Shown here: in pieces, positions 22,024-32,021 of the stretch | Layout: every line of letters begins with the position of its first letter | How positions within the stretch are numbered: the first letter of the stretch is position 1 | DNA from: Candidatus Latescibacterota bacterium | Lineage (GTDB): Bacteria; Latescibacterota; UBA2968; UBA8231 | DNA length: 64,000 nucleotides | Direction: 5' to 3' | Assembly (NCBI GenBank): GCA_965197905.1 | Contig: CBDAOB010000003.1 | Span: 704,001 to 768,000 of the forward strand | The notes under the pieces: generated by a model | Seen by the model: the letters and a program-made list of their open reading frames with translations, nothing else | What the model was told of the DNA's origin: nothing | Database searches by the model: none | Position numbers and translations under genes: made by a program

Positions 22024-22252
22024 AAGCGAGCATTTCTTCCGGGGACCGCCAGCGGTTCGAAATGCGCCATCAACATAGAGATAATCTGAGTCACCGGCCA
22101 TGGACCGTACTTGAACTCAGCTGGTGGATTGCTGTTGTTTTCGACCGGAGTTGGGGCAAAGATTGCCCGCCAAACCCGAAATCCACGAGAATCATGGTAC
22201 CGTGCCGGCAACTGCCGGCGATCGTAGAATCTGACAAGATCGGAGTCCGTCG

Positions 22253-23776
22253 ATGCGCGTACTGAACACGAGCACCATCGATAACGTCGATGAAGCGGTG
22301 CTCTTTCCCTTTGACGAATGCAGCGTGCCGTTCACCCGCGACCTGCTTCTAAACCTGCAGTCCGGCCGCACCAACAAAGCCGAGATGGACTACGGGCACA
22401 ACATCGATATGGACGATCGTCACCCGGAAGGCCCGGTGGTCACCTACGGCCCTCCCGGGTCTCCCGATTCCACCGAGGTCCTGAGCCCCAACGTGTTCTA
22501 CGTCGATGGCGAGTACCGCATGTACTACCTGGGTGCCGATGACAATCGCAAGCGGCGCACCGGGCTCTACGCCACCTCCAAAGACGGTTTCAACTGGGAG
22601 AAACCTAACCTGGGGTTGAGGGAGATGAATGGGAACACCAACAACAACCTGGTGGAAGAGGCGTGCGGCGAGTGGGTATTCCACGAACCGGAAGACGAAG
22701 AATACCCGTTTAAATCGGTCAGCAGCAACGGCGAGAACACCTCCGTCAGTAAAGATGGCCTGCACTGGACCTCAACCGGCGAGAACCGGCGGGTGTTCGG
22801 CGGGATCCATATGGAGATCGCCTCGATCTACAAGTGGGATGGCTGTTATTACATCAACGGCCAGAACGGTCCCTCGGCCTGGACCCGATCGCTGCCCCAC
22901 CCGATCTCCCTCGCTTCCAAACGTACGGTCATAACCTTTGCTTCCTACGACCTGAAGAACTGGACCCACGCTCCGGCGAACAGCTTTCGCCGCGACCCGA
23001 TACCCCCGGAGGCACCGGAAAATTTCGAATGCCATGCCGGCGAACAGATCCACGAAGGCATGGTGCCGTGGAATCGCGGCAATGTGCTGCTCAGTCTCTA
23101 CGGCCAGTACCACGGCCCCAGCAACGATCGCCGCGACGTGGCGGTGGACCTCGGTTTCGCCATCAGCCACGACGCTCTGCATTTCAAGGAACCGATCCCC
23201 GACTTCCAGATGGTGCACTCCTACGAGATCAGAGGACCCGAGGGCAAAGGGTTCGCGGCACCCCGACTGATGCACAATTCCTGGGCTACCATCGGCGACC
23301 GCACGGTGATCTGGTTCAGCGTCTGGCGCGAGGAGTCCTCCGTCTGGCACGACGGGTTATGGTCTCTGGACAACCCGCGCTCGCTGGCGCAGGTATGGGT
23401 GGCCACCTGGGAACGGGATCGACTCGGTTTCTTCAAACCGTGCGAGCGCGACATCAGCTGGGGGGCCGGCGATTACGAACCGCACTTCGTCACCTGCCCG
23501 GTGGAGCTCGACGGCGAGGGCGAGGTATTCGTCAATGCAGACCGGCTCAACGAACACAGTCAGCTCCGCGTCGAGCTGCTGGATCGGGAGTTTCGCCCGA
23601 TCCCCGGCTATTCGGGAGATGACTGCATTCTGCTGGGGAAACCGGGATTGCGCCTGCCGGTGCGCTGGCGCGACAAAGACAAGCTCGAGAGGTTCGGCCA
23701 CCCCGTCCGTGTTCGCGTCAACTGGGAGGGGTTGCGCCCGGAGGATGCCCGTCTCTTCGCCGTCTACGTCAATTAA
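22253..23776 (+). CDS. Putative five-bladed beta-propeller glycoside hydrolase-like protein (paralogue 1)
   Basis: 'GEYRMYY...YATSKDGFNWEKPNLG...SKDGLHW...SHDALHF'; C-terminal 'LRVELLD...PIPGYS..DC'. Confidence 0.65.
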   Translation: MRVLNTSTIDNVDEAVLFPFDECSVPFTRDLLLNLQSGRTNKAEMDYGHNIDMDDRHPEGPVVTYGPPGSPDSTEVLSPNVFYVDGEYRMYYLGADDNRKRRTGLYATSKDGFNWEKPNLGLREMNGNTNNNLVEEACGEWVFHEPEDEEYPFKSVSSNGENTSVSKDGLHWTSTGENRRVFGGIHMEIASIYKWDGCYYINGQNGPSAWTRSLPHPISLASKRTVITFASYDLKNWTHAPANSFRRDPIPPEAPENFECHAGEQIHEGMVPWNRGNVLLSLYGQYHGPSNDRRDVAVDLGFAISHDALHFKEPIPDFQMVHSYEIRGPEGKGFAAPRLMHNSWATIGDRTVIWFSVWREESSVWHDGLWSLDNPRSLAQVWVATWERDRLGFFKPCERDISWGAGDYEPHFVTCPVELDGEGEVFVNADRLNEHSQLRVELLDREFRPIPGYSGDDCILLGKPGLRLPVRWRDKDKLERFGHPVRVRVNWEGLRPEDARLFAVYVN

Positions 23777-23791
23777 AGGAATTACGCTACG

Positions 23792-25324
23792 ATGAACGTC
23801 CTAAACGGAATCACACCACGGTCCATCGACGAGGCGGTACTCTTTCCGTTCGATGCCAGGAGCATGCCTTTCCAGCGCGACCTTATCCTCAACCTGCAGT
23901 CTGGCCGCACCAACAAGGCGGAGATGGATTACGGCCACAACATCGACATGGACGATCGCCACCCGGAGGGCCCTGTACTCACCTATGGCCCGCCCGGCTC
24001 GCTCGACTCCACCGAGATCATTTGTCCCCAAGTGTTTTTCGTCGACGGGGAGTACCGCATGTGGTACACCGGCGCCGGCGACGACCGCAAACGGCACGAA
24101 GGCCTCTACGCCACCTCCAAGGATGGGTTCAACTGGGAGCGACCAATCCTGGGTTTGACCGAGGTAAACGGCAGCAAGGAGAACAACAAGGTCGCCGGCC
24201 CCTGTGGCGAATGGATGATCTACGACCCCGAGGATCCCGATCCCCAGCGCCGTTTCAAATCCTTGTTCTATTCCGGTGCGGGTGCCATGCGAGCCAGTAC
24301 CTCATTCAGCGCCGACGGATTACACTGGGTACGCGCCACCGAGAACGGCGACATCTTCGGCACCGGTATCGAGGCCGGCAACATCTGCAAATGGGGCGAC
24401 TGTTATTACATCAATGGGCAAGGCGGTCCGTCGCCGATGAACCGTCCCATCCCCCACCCGATCAAGAATGCCAACAAACGGATCGTGGTCACTTACGCCT
24501 CCTACGATTTCATCCACTGGACCCATGCCGCCGCCATGAGTCTGCGGCGGGATCCGATCCCGCCGCGGGCACCGGAGTCGTTCGATGGCCACTCGGGAGA
24601 ACAGATCCACGAAGGTGTCGCCACGTGGAGCCGCGGGAACCTTTTGGTGGGGCTCTACGGCCAGTACCGCAGTGCCAGCAACGACCGCCGCGACGTGGTC
24701 CTCGACCTGGGCTTCGCCATCAGTCACGACGCGTTGCATTTCACCGAGCCAATCCCAGGTTTCAAGATGGTCCATTCCTACGAGATCCGCGGCCCCCACT
24801 ACGACTGCTTCGTTGCTCCGCGCCTGATTCAACGCAATGCCTGGGCGAACATTGGCGACCGCACCGTCTACTGGTACAGCATCTGGCGTGAAGAGGCCTC
24901 CACTTGGAGCGCTGTGAACCCGAGATCGATGACGGGGGTCTGGGTGGCGACCTGGGAGAGGGATCGCTTTGGCTGGATCGCGCCCTGCCCGCCCAACTAC
25001 GGCTCCCAGGCCGGCGAGCACGATCCCCACTGCATCTCCTGCCCCGTCGAGTTGGAAAGTGAAGGCAAGAAACTCTACGTGAATGCGGATCGGTTGGGAG
25101 AGCACGCCGAATTACAGGTGTCGCTTCTCGACAAGCAGTTCCGCCCTGTGCCCGGCTATTCAGGGGACGACTGTATTCCGGTGAGCGAATCGGGCCTCAG
25201 GCAACAGGTGAAATGGCGCGGCAAGGAAACACTGGAGAAGTTCGACCAGCCGATTCGGGTGCAGGTCAAGTGGGGCGGCGTGAGACTCGAAGATCCGCGG
25301 TTGTTTGCGGTCTATGTGAGTTAA
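23792..25324 (+). CDS. Putative five-bladed beta-propeller glycoside hydrolase-like protein (paralogue 2)
   Basis: Collinear with the preceding gene, with long identical peptide stretches. Confidence 0.65.
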   Translation: MNVLNGITPRSIDEAVLFPFDARSMPFQRDLILNLQSGRTNKAEMDYGHNIDMDDRHPEGPVLTYGPPGSLDSTEIICPQVFFVDGEYRMWYTGAGDDRKRHEGLYATSKDGFNWERPILGLTEVNGSKENNKVAGPCGEWMIYDPEDPDPQRRFKSLFYSGAGAMRASTSFSADGLHWVRATENGDIFGTGIEAGNICKWGDCYYINGQGGPSPMNRPIPHPIKNANKRIVVTYASYDFIHWTHAAAMSLRRDPIPPRAPESFDGHSGEQIHEGVATWSRGNLLVGLYGQYRSASNDRRDVVLDLGFAISHDALHFTEPIPGFKMVHSYEIRGPHYDCFVAPRLIQRNAWANIGDRTVYWYSIWREEASTWSAVNPRSMTGVWVATWERDRFGWIAPCPPNYGSQAGEHDPHCISCPVELESEGKKLYVNADRLGEHAELQVSLLDKQFRPVPGYSGDDCIPVSESGLRQQVKWRGKETLEKFDQPIRVQVKWGGVRLEDPRLFAVYVS

Positions 25325-25343
25325 CAGACCACGTGAGCTGCCC

Positions 25344-25460
25344 TTGAAATACCTGTTTTTCGATGACAGCCATGTCGAACGGATCGAGAACCTGGCGCGC
25401 AAGCTGCACCAGCCCAGACATTTTCCGAACAACGTGGTGCTGCGGCCCGAGCATCACGAG
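25344..25460 (+). pseudogene. N-terminal stub of another beta-propeller hydrolase-like gene
   Basis: 'MKYLFFDDSHVERIENLARKLHQP..FPNNVVLRPE', then an abrupt switch to unrelated sequence. Confidence 0.55.
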
Positions 25461-25527
25461 GCGTCGGTGACGGCGGCGTGCATCGCGGCGCACTTGGGTT
25501 CCGAGTCCATCATGCCGGAGGAGCGGA

Positions 25528-25952
25528 ATGAGTACAGATTACGAAGTGCTCGGTCGAGAGCGAACGGTTATGAACAGTTTTCCAAGATGGTCGGCGAAGA
25601 GAATATCGAGTCCCTGGTGTCGCGTTTTCGGTCTGTGTGTCCAGATTTTGAGAAGGAGGTTGTTGCCGTTGTTGGCGGGAGAATATGGACGCGCGGCGGT
25701 ATCGATCTCAAGACGAGATCACTTTGCAGTATCTGCGTCCTGGCCGCGTTGGGACGTCAGAATGCCCTGCGGCTGAATTTTCAGATGGCGCTGCGCAACG
25801 GAGCGAAAATTCCGGAAATTTTTGAAGCGATTTTTCAAGTCGCGGCCTATGCTGGTTTCCCCGCTGCATGGGACGCGTTGGAACAGCTGGCTGAAGTTCT
25901 GAACGACGAGAAGACCGCACATCCACCACATACGCAGGACGGAGCGAAATAG
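25528..25952 (+). CDS. Carboxymuconolactone decarboxylase (CMD) family protein
   Basis: 'GRIWTRGGIDLKTRSL....LAALG...ALRNGA...EI.EAIFQVAAYAGFPAA'. GGAGGAG precedes ATG 25528, which needs a frameshift near 25555; the in-frame alternative start is 25512. Confidence 0.75.
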
Positions 25953-26015
25953 CAGTCACCTGATTAAAGCAATGGATGAGTTTTCTACTGAATCCTGATT
26001 CTCTGAAAGGCACCC

Positions 26016-27038
26016 ATGGACATCCTCGAACGCTACATCGCCATCGACAACAAATGCGCCTGGCCAAACCTCACTCTCATGCCCGACGGCAGTATCGTTG
26101 CGGCGATCTTCGGCGAGCCCTGTCACCAGCTCTGGGAAGGATCCTCGGAGTGCTGGATCAGCCGCGATGGCGGCCAACTCTGGTCGTATCTCTCCGTGCC
26201 GGCTGACAACGAACCGGGAACGTGCCGAGGAGATCTGGCCGCCGGTCTGACCCACGAAGACACCTACGTCGTCCTGGTTGCTGGCCGCAAATTTGCGCCA
26301 CCCAAGGGTGTCATTCTCGACCACCCCCGGACTCCGGATGAGCAGGGCGACCGGGAGGCCGTAGTTTGTCGCTCAGAAGATGGGTGCAAAACGTGGACCA
26401 GCGCGCCAGGCATCAACTACCCCAAGGGTGTCACGAGCGCCATTCCCTTCGGAGATGTGGTGAAACTTCCAGAGGGACGCCTTGGCGTTTCGTGCTATGC
26501 GATGGAGGAGGGTGTGGACAGCGCCTGGATCTACTTCAGCGAGGATGACGGCCGCACCTGGGGCGATGCTCGTCTCATCAAAGCCGACACCTGCAACGAA
26601 ACCGACCTGCTGCACTTGGGAGATGGCAGGCTGCTGGCGGCGGGTCGGACCCGTCCGGTTGGGGATACGGTGATATTTGCTTCCGAGGACTGTGGCCAAA
26701 CCTGGACCTGTCGCGGTTCAGCTTCGATGCCGCGGCATATGCCGGCGCATCTATGTCAGTTGCAGGATGGCTCGATTCTGCTCAGTTACGGCGTGCGTAA
26801 CAGTGGAATGTTGGGCGTCTGCGCCCGCATCAGCAACGACGAAGGCATCAGCTGGGATCCGCCACGGGTGCTGTTCAGCACCAACGTAAAGATCGCCAAC
26901 GCCTCCCCCCAGGGGACCGACGGCGGGTATCCTGCCAGTGTGCAGCTGGAAGACGGCACCATCGTCACCGCCTATTATTGTCAACGCATTCCCGATCATC
27001 AGCGCTATCATATGGGGGTCGTCCGCTGGAAAGACTGA
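26016..27038 (+). CDS. Sialidase/BNR (Asp-box) family protein
   Basis: Five S-x-D-x-G-x-x-W Asp boxes; C-terminal 'DGGYPASVQLEDGTIVTAYY'. Confidence 0.85.
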   Translation: MDILERYIAIDNKCAWPNLTLMPDGSIVAAIFGEPCHQLWEGSSECWISRDGGQLWSYLSVPADNEPGTCRGDLAAGLTHEDTYVVLVAGRKFAPPKGVILDHPRTPDEQGDREAVVCRSEDGCKTWTSAPGINYPKGVTSAIPFGDVVKLPEGRLGVSCYAMEEGVDSAWIYFSEDDGRTWGDARLIKADTCNETDLLHLGDGRLLAAGRTRPVGDTVIFASEDCGQTWTCRGSASMPRHMPAHLCQLQDGSILLSYGVRNSGMLGVCARISNDEGISWDPPRVLFSTNVKIANASPQGTDGGYPASVQLEDGTIVTAYYCQRIPDHQRYHMGVVRWKD

Positions 27039-27095
27039 GGCGGTCTGCGGCCACAGGTATCATGAGTTCATTGGGGATGCGCGACGTGTACCGCG

Positions 27096-29270
27096 CTAGC
27101 GAAGCAACAGCAGTTTGCGCGTTTCCGCGCCGGCGTCGGTGCGAAGTCGATAGAGGTAGACCCCGCTAGACATTTCTCGACCCAGCTTGTTGCGACCGTC
27201 CCATCGAACGCGGTGGGTACCGGCTCCCCGTGTACCACGCGTCAAGGTTCTGACCTTCTGCCCGGTCACGTCGAATAGCTCGAGCACAACTTCTGCAGGA
27301 TGAGCGAGCGAGAAGCGGATCTCAGTTCGACTGTTGAAAGGATTGGGGAAATTCGGTTCCAGTCGAAGCGATTGCGGAAGAGCGTCGTCGGGCCGCAACA
27401 CCTCCGAAACTACTGTGCGCCGGTAGCCGGCGAAGTGCATGTCATCGAGGTAAAAGGTACCCGCCCAGGTCCCCCCCAAACCGACGCGCTTTATCTGGCT
27501 CAGCTCGCGATCGTGCAGGGGTACCTCTGCCACCTGCCAACCCGAGATGTTGGGGTCGATGAAATCGGATTCGAGCAGATCGATCGTATCACCCCCGATG
27601 TGTAGGGAGAATCGGTCGTCCGGCCCGAGCTCGGCTTGTCCTGGGTGGAAAGCGAATCTCAACATCTCATACCCGTAAGGTGTCACCGGACTCTCCGCAT
27701 CGAAGCTGACAAACCAGGTGCGTCCGCGGCCTGCGGGCATGGCGTTGAAGGCGTTTGCGGCCCCACGATAACCGGGCTCCTTCGTTCCCAGATGGGTGGC
27801 CGCGGTCGTATTGATCTGCCAGCCCGCTCCAGGGCCATCATCCAGCACCGGTAACTCGGTTTCGATCAAGGCCGCGGGCCCCGCCGTGGTGTCGGTGTAG
27901 TAGATGAAGAACACGAACTGCATCTCGTCCGAATTCTGCAGGCCATAGTCGATGGTCCGGTTGGTCCAGTTGTGATAAGTGGTAATCAGCCGGAAACCTT
28001 CGCCCTGCTGGACAGTGAGCGGCGGATCGAACTCCAGTAAGGGTGGATGCTCCCAGTCGTTGGTCCAGTACAGGAGCTGACCGTCGTGCTCGCCGCCCAC
28101 CCGTTCGACGCTGAACTCCAGCATCTTCTCGTGGGCATGGGACCACATTTGAACGATATGTTTTTTCTCGGAGAACTCGAAGGTCTCGGTGAGGGTGGTA
28201 ACCTTTTGCGCCGGCAGGTTGATATTGAAGTTGCTGAAGTGACCCGGCAAGGCTACATGCTCGACCGCTATCGGGTCCATGGTGTAAAGATTGGCGTACA
28301 CCTCGCCGAAGATCTCCTCGTTATCGGTTTTCACATAGTGTGAGTTCAGATCGAACCCGGAGCCGGGCGGAAGTCTCAGAGCGACGCCAGGGGGGAAGCT
28401 GTAATTCACCGAGGGAGTTTGAGTTCCGATGAAATAACGCAGCGGAAAAAGGTTCGCGGCTTCGGATACGTCGGAGCTTCGACGCGCGTCCCTGATATCG
28501 CGATAGACTCCAGGATCAGGCGTCGATTGGTCGCCAGAGTAGTTGTACAGAATGAAATGGTGGCTACCGGGCCGCATGGAGATTTCGTAGCCGGCAATAA
28601 ATTGCGGCCTCGGCGTAGCCATCGGTTCAAAATAAAGAACCTCGCGATCGATATTCGACCACACATCAAACGGTCCGAGGTGGAACTGGAATCCGCTCTT
28701 CGGCGGTTCAAGCACCACGAACGGGGGCGGTTCGAACCTCGTGTTGTCCGCCAGCAACCCGGGATCGGCTACCACGCCAGCTTGTGGCGCTTCCGCCTCG
28801 ATCCACGCCTGGATGAATTCAAGCTGGCCGTTGGTGAGAAACGGCTGTCCTAGCGGCATGAGCGCGCCGTAGTGTGGATGATCGCTATAGAAATGATCCT
28901 GCTGGGGAGCGTTGATCTTCTCCCAGAGGAAACTCTTCTCCATACCCGGAAGTCCCCCCAACCTGCTGACACGCACCAGTCGATCTGTCTGAGCGGCCGC
29001 ATTGCGCGGCTCCACATCTACCAGCTGAGCGAACGCAACGTCATCGGTCAGCACCAACCCCGACTGGCGGGCAAAGGAGGTTCCGGCGCTATGGCAGCTG
29101 GTGCAGTTGGGATCCAGAATGTCGCGCTGAATCTGCGTCCAGGTGGAGATCTCGTCGGAGGAACCATCTGTGTCGGACGATTGCCCGAAGCCGTGAGTCG
29201 GCCCCACTATAGCAGCGGCCACGAGCAGCACTGTAGGCGGGATGGCACGTATGATGGTGGATGCGTCCAT
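27096..29270 (-). CDS. Secreted c-type cytochrome + copper type II monooxygenase-like protein with FlgD-Ig C-terminus
   Basis: Signal peptide; CTSCH...LMP heme motif; HH, H, HAH and DEM copper ligands; 'NFPNPFN...WDG...SGVYLY' tail. Confidence 0.7.
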   Translation of the reverse strand: MDASTIIRAIPPTVLLVAAAIVGPTHGFGQSSDTDGSSDEISTWTQIQRDILDPNCTSCHSAGTSFARQSGLVLTDDVAFAQLVDVEPRNAAAQTDRLVRVSRLGGLPGMEKSFLWEKINAPQQDHFYSDHPHYGALMPLGQPFLTNGQLEFIQAWIEAEAPQAGVVADPGLLADNTRFEPPPFVVLEPPKSGFQFHLGPFDVWSNIDREVLYFEPMATPRPQFIAGYEISMRPGSHHFILYNYSGDQSTPDPGVYRDIRDARRSSDVSEAANLFPLRYFIGTQTPSVNYSFPPGVALRLPPGSGFDLNSHYVKTDNEEIFGEVYANLYTMDPIAVEHVALPGHFSNFNINLPAQKVTTLTETFEFSEKKHIVQMWSHAHEKMLEFSVERVGGEHDGQLLYWTNDWEHPPLLEFDPPLTVQQGEGFRLITTYHNWTNRTIDYGLQNSDEMQFVFFIYYTDTTAGPAALIETELPVLDDGPGAGWQINTTAATHLGTKEPGYRGAANAFNAMPAGRGRTWFVSFDAESPVTPYGYEMLRFAFHPGQAELGPDDRFSLHIGGDTIDLLESDFIDPNISGWQVAEVPLHDRELSQIKRVGLGGTWAGTFYLDDMHFAGYRRTVVSEVLRPDDALPQSLRLEPNFPNPFNSRTEIRFSLAHPAEVVLELFDVTGQKVRTLTRGTRGAGTHRVRWDGRNKLGREMSSGVYLYRLRTDAGAETRKLLLLR

Positions 29271-29283
29271 TGGTAGAATCTTT

Positions 29284-30450
29284 TCAGTCCGGCCTGAAAG
29301 CCAGACTCGCATCCGCTGCCCGCACCTCCGCCTGAGCTATGCCCAGTTCCCGGCGAACCAGATTGGTTCCCTCCACGATTGCAACGCACTTGTAGAAGGC
29401 GATTCGCCGTGAAAGGCCCTCTCGTCCAAATCCGCAGTCGGAGGTGATGATGAGCCGCTCGGGCGGCAGGAATTCCAGTGCCGTGCGGATCAGCTTCGCC
29501 ACCTCTTCCGCCGGTTCTACCACGGTGTTGGTGTGACTGACCACCCCGATGGCCACCTTCTTGTCGGATGGAAGATCGGCGAACAACGCCAGATCCTTGC
29601 CACCGGTGCTGGCGCACTCAAAGGTCAGAACGTCGGCATTCAGCTTCGACAGATGACGCAGGGCGGGTTCGTAACTCGGGCGTTCCCAGAACAGCGCCTG
29701 CTGGTTCGGATTGCCCCAACAGGTGTGCACCCAGATCTCGGCATTTACGCCTTCCACCTCACGGTTGAAAGCGTCGGTTAGGAAATCGAGATCGTCGGTA
29801 GTGGTCTGTGGATTCAACGAGCGGAAATGGTGTTGTGGCTCCTCAACCTGGATCACCTGGCACCCCGCCGCTGCAACGGCGCGCAGCTCGGTGTTCACCG
29901 CTGTTGCCAGATCGTGGATCATCTCACGCTCGTCCTGGTAGGCCTCGTTCCACAACATACTGGGCAAGGTCTGGGCGCTGACGGAACCGAACTTGACCGG
30001 ACGCTCGGAGAAACGCTGGGCCGTTTGCCACACAGCGGCGTACTCCAGCGGCCCACCCGTCACCTTCTCCCGGGCAATGAGCGCCTGATACGCCTCCTGC
30101 ACCTCCCAGAGGATGTGCCCAGGACGCAGATCGAAACGTTGCGACCATCCGGGCGAGCTGTCCCGATGACCGCCTACGCCGTTCAAACGTTCCAGGGTAT
30201 AGGTGAACCAGGATCGACCGCCCACGTCCATGTCGAAGCGGGCGTCGCCGTCGGTGAGGATATCGAGGCCGGCGCGGGTTTGGTCGCTCAGAATGCAGGC
30301 CACTGCGTCGAGGTACTGCTCGCGGAAGAGGGCATCCGCCAGGGCGAGCTTGAACGGCCGCCCACGCAAGCTTTCACGAAACCAGTGCGGTCGCGGATAA
30401 GAACCGACGATGGTGGTTGGAAGGATTTTGTCGGCTGTGACCTTAAACAT
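29284..30450 (-). CDS. Cobalamin-independent methionine synthase II family protein (single barrel)
   Basis: 'LPTTIVGSYPRP...GLDILTDG...HTCWGN...SDCGFG'. Confidence 0.88.
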   Translation of the reverse strand: MFKVTADKILPTTIVGSYPRPHWFRESLRGRPFKLALADALFREQYLDAVACILSDQTRAGLDILTDGDARFDMDVGGRSWFTYTLERLNGVGGHRDSSPGWSQRFDLRPGHILWEVQEAYQALIAREKVTGGPLEYAAVWQTAQRFSERPVKFGSVSAQTLPSMLWNEAYQDEREMIHDLATAVNTELRAVAAAGCQVIQVEEPQHHFRSLNPQTTTDDLDFLTDAFNREVEGVNAEIWVHTCWGNPNQQALFWERPSYEPALRHLSKLNADVLTFECASTGGKDLALFADLPSDKKVAIGVVSHTNTVVEPAEEVAKLIRTALEFLPPERLIITSDCGFGREGLSRRIAFYKCVAIVEGTNLVRRELGIAQAEVRAADASLAFRPD

Positions 30451-30492
30451 CGTGCCGCCTCCAGATCGAGAACCGTCGCGGCCCGAGCTGGA

Positions 30493-30969
30493 CTACAGAC
30501 CGAGAAGCATAAAGCCGACGACGGCGTGGAATACGTCGATGCCCGCCGCGTGGCGCAGCAGTTCGTGCAGTATCAGCGGGGCTGCAAGAATTACCGGGAC
30601 TTTGAGCAGCGGCGCAAGCCGAAAGCGAATCCTGACCGAATGATAGAGGGCCCACGCGAACAGGATGGACGACCCACCGATTATCAAGGCTGGAATTAAG
30701 AAGGCAACCCAGGATGTGCCGCTGCCGTCAGCGAGAAAACTGCCGTATCCGCCGTGCAGCAATGGCACTGCGTTCACCCAGAAGAGGCGGTGAATGGCAA
30801 TGACCCCGTAGACCAGAAACGTCGTGCCGAGCGCTGTTTCGGTCAGCACCACCGGGTCGATGGGTCGACGGGTGATGACACCGAACCAGACGGCAGATGT
30901 GGTATAAAGCGACGTCGCGAACAGGGAATAAAACAGAGCTCGTGGGTGATCTGGTGCAGTAAATAACAT
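30493..30969 (-). CDS. Hypothetical membrane protein (~4 TM)
   Basis: AGGAG RBS before ATG 30969; hydrophobic segments; 7 nt downstream of the XRE gene. Confidence 0.6.
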   Translation of the reverse strand: MLFTAPDHPRALFYSLFATSLYTTSAVWFGVITRRPIDPVVLTETALGTTFLVYGVIAIHRLFWVNAVPLLHGGYGSFLADGSGTSWVAFLIPALIIGGSSILFAWALYHSVRIRFRLAPLLKVPVILAAPLILHELLRHAAGIDVFHAVVGFMLLGL

Positions 30970-30976
30970 TGTGCTC

Positions 30977-31540
30977 CTACGCGACTCGTCCCATCGAATT
31001 GTTCTTGCCTTCCCCGACCGGGATCTCGCTGACCAACTGGATGAGCCCCTCGTCGCGGTGCTCCTGATCGGCGGTTCCGATCTCCTCTTCGCGGGCACCA
31101 TGTCGGCCGACGAAATCCTTCATCTCCTTCATCAGCCGCGCGTGCAGCGACGCCAGCAGGCCACCGTTCTCGACATCCCGAGAGATGTGTTCGTCGAAAA
31201 AGCGTTCCGCCGCCTGGCGCACGGAGGGTTCCGTATAGATCTCTTCTCGATTGTCCTGAACCGGAGCCAGCGTGAGCGAAACCAGCTCAGCGATAAAACG
31301 CTCGCGGAAAGAATCCGGATCACGACGAGCGGCTACGTTGCGGTACTCGATCAACTCGTCGACGCTGTCGCAATCCAAAGCTTCGTACAGCTTGTCGAGG
31401 GTTTTGAGGTCGATGCGTTCGATATCCCCGTTGACGAGACGGTTGATCTGCTGCCGCGGTACGCCGATGCTGCGGGCAAGCTCGGCTTGACTTGGCGCGC
31501 CCGGCCGTTCCAAAAGCTGCTTCAACCTGAACTTCATCAT
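30977..31540 (-). CDS. XRE/Cro-C1 helix-turn-helix regulator with C-terminal extension
   Basis: 'RLKQLL...SQAELARSIGVPRQQINRL.NG..ERIDLKTLDKL..AL.C..V.ELIEY'. Confidence 0.88.
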   Translation of the reverse strand: MMKFRLKQLLERPGAPSQAELARSIGVPRQQINRLVNGDIERIDLKTLDKLYEALDCDSVDELIEYRNVAARRDPDSFRERFIAELVSLTLAPVQDNREEIYTEPSVRQAAERFFDEHISRDVENGGLLASLHARLMKEMKDFVGRHGAREEEIGTADQEHRDEGLIQLVSEIPVGEGKNNSMGRVA

Positions 31541-31567
31541 GATCCGACTCCCTTTGGGGATACTTAA

Positions 31568-31654
31568 AGTATAGACGAAATTGGGACGACCGTCAACAAA
31601 ATGATTGACTCAAGAAACAAAAGTATTGACATATATCAACAGTAACGCTACCTT
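31568..31654. promoter_or_regulatory. Back-to-back sigma70-type promoters with repeated candidate operators
   Basis: Minus strand TTGACG-N17-TATACT (31596-31568); plus strand TTGACA-N17-TACCTT (31626-31654); AACAAAA-NN-ATTGAC occurs twice and overlaps the -35 boxes. Confidence 0.6.
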
Positions 31655-31728
31655 CGTCATCACTGCCGATGCCAGATGTGGTATCTGATTACATAAAGTA
31701 GTATTAACTTCAATATCAGGAGGATGTT

Positions 31729-32019
31729 ATGATTCGCACCGAAGTTCGCATGGGAATCCAGACAGCGTCGGAAGGCGAGCTTGAGATCGAGGAAGTAAGT
31801 CGCACGGTCGGCGAGCACATTGCGTCGCTGAGCAAGGAAACCGTAGGCCCCGCGGCGGACAGGTTGCGCGCCGCCATGCAGAACCCGCAGTCGACCATCG
31901 AGCTGCGTTCGGGCGATAAGGTCCAGGTGGTCACGCCCGATACCCCTCTCCGGGAACTGCTGCCCCCGGACGGAAGCAAGCTCGAGATCACGGTAAGCGA
32001 ACCCCATGTCGGCGGCTGA
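31729..32019 (+). CDS. Putative ubiquitin-like small protein ending in Gly-Gly
   Basis: 96 aa; AGGAGG RBS; C-terminus 'LEITVSEPHVGG*'; first gene of an operon with an E1-like gene. Confidence 0.7.
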   Translation: MIRTEVRMGIQTASEGELEIEEVSRTVGEHIASLSKETVGPAADRLRAAMQNPQSTIELRSGDKVQVVTPDTPLRELLPPDGSKLEITVSEPHVGG

Positions 32020-32021
32020 TC

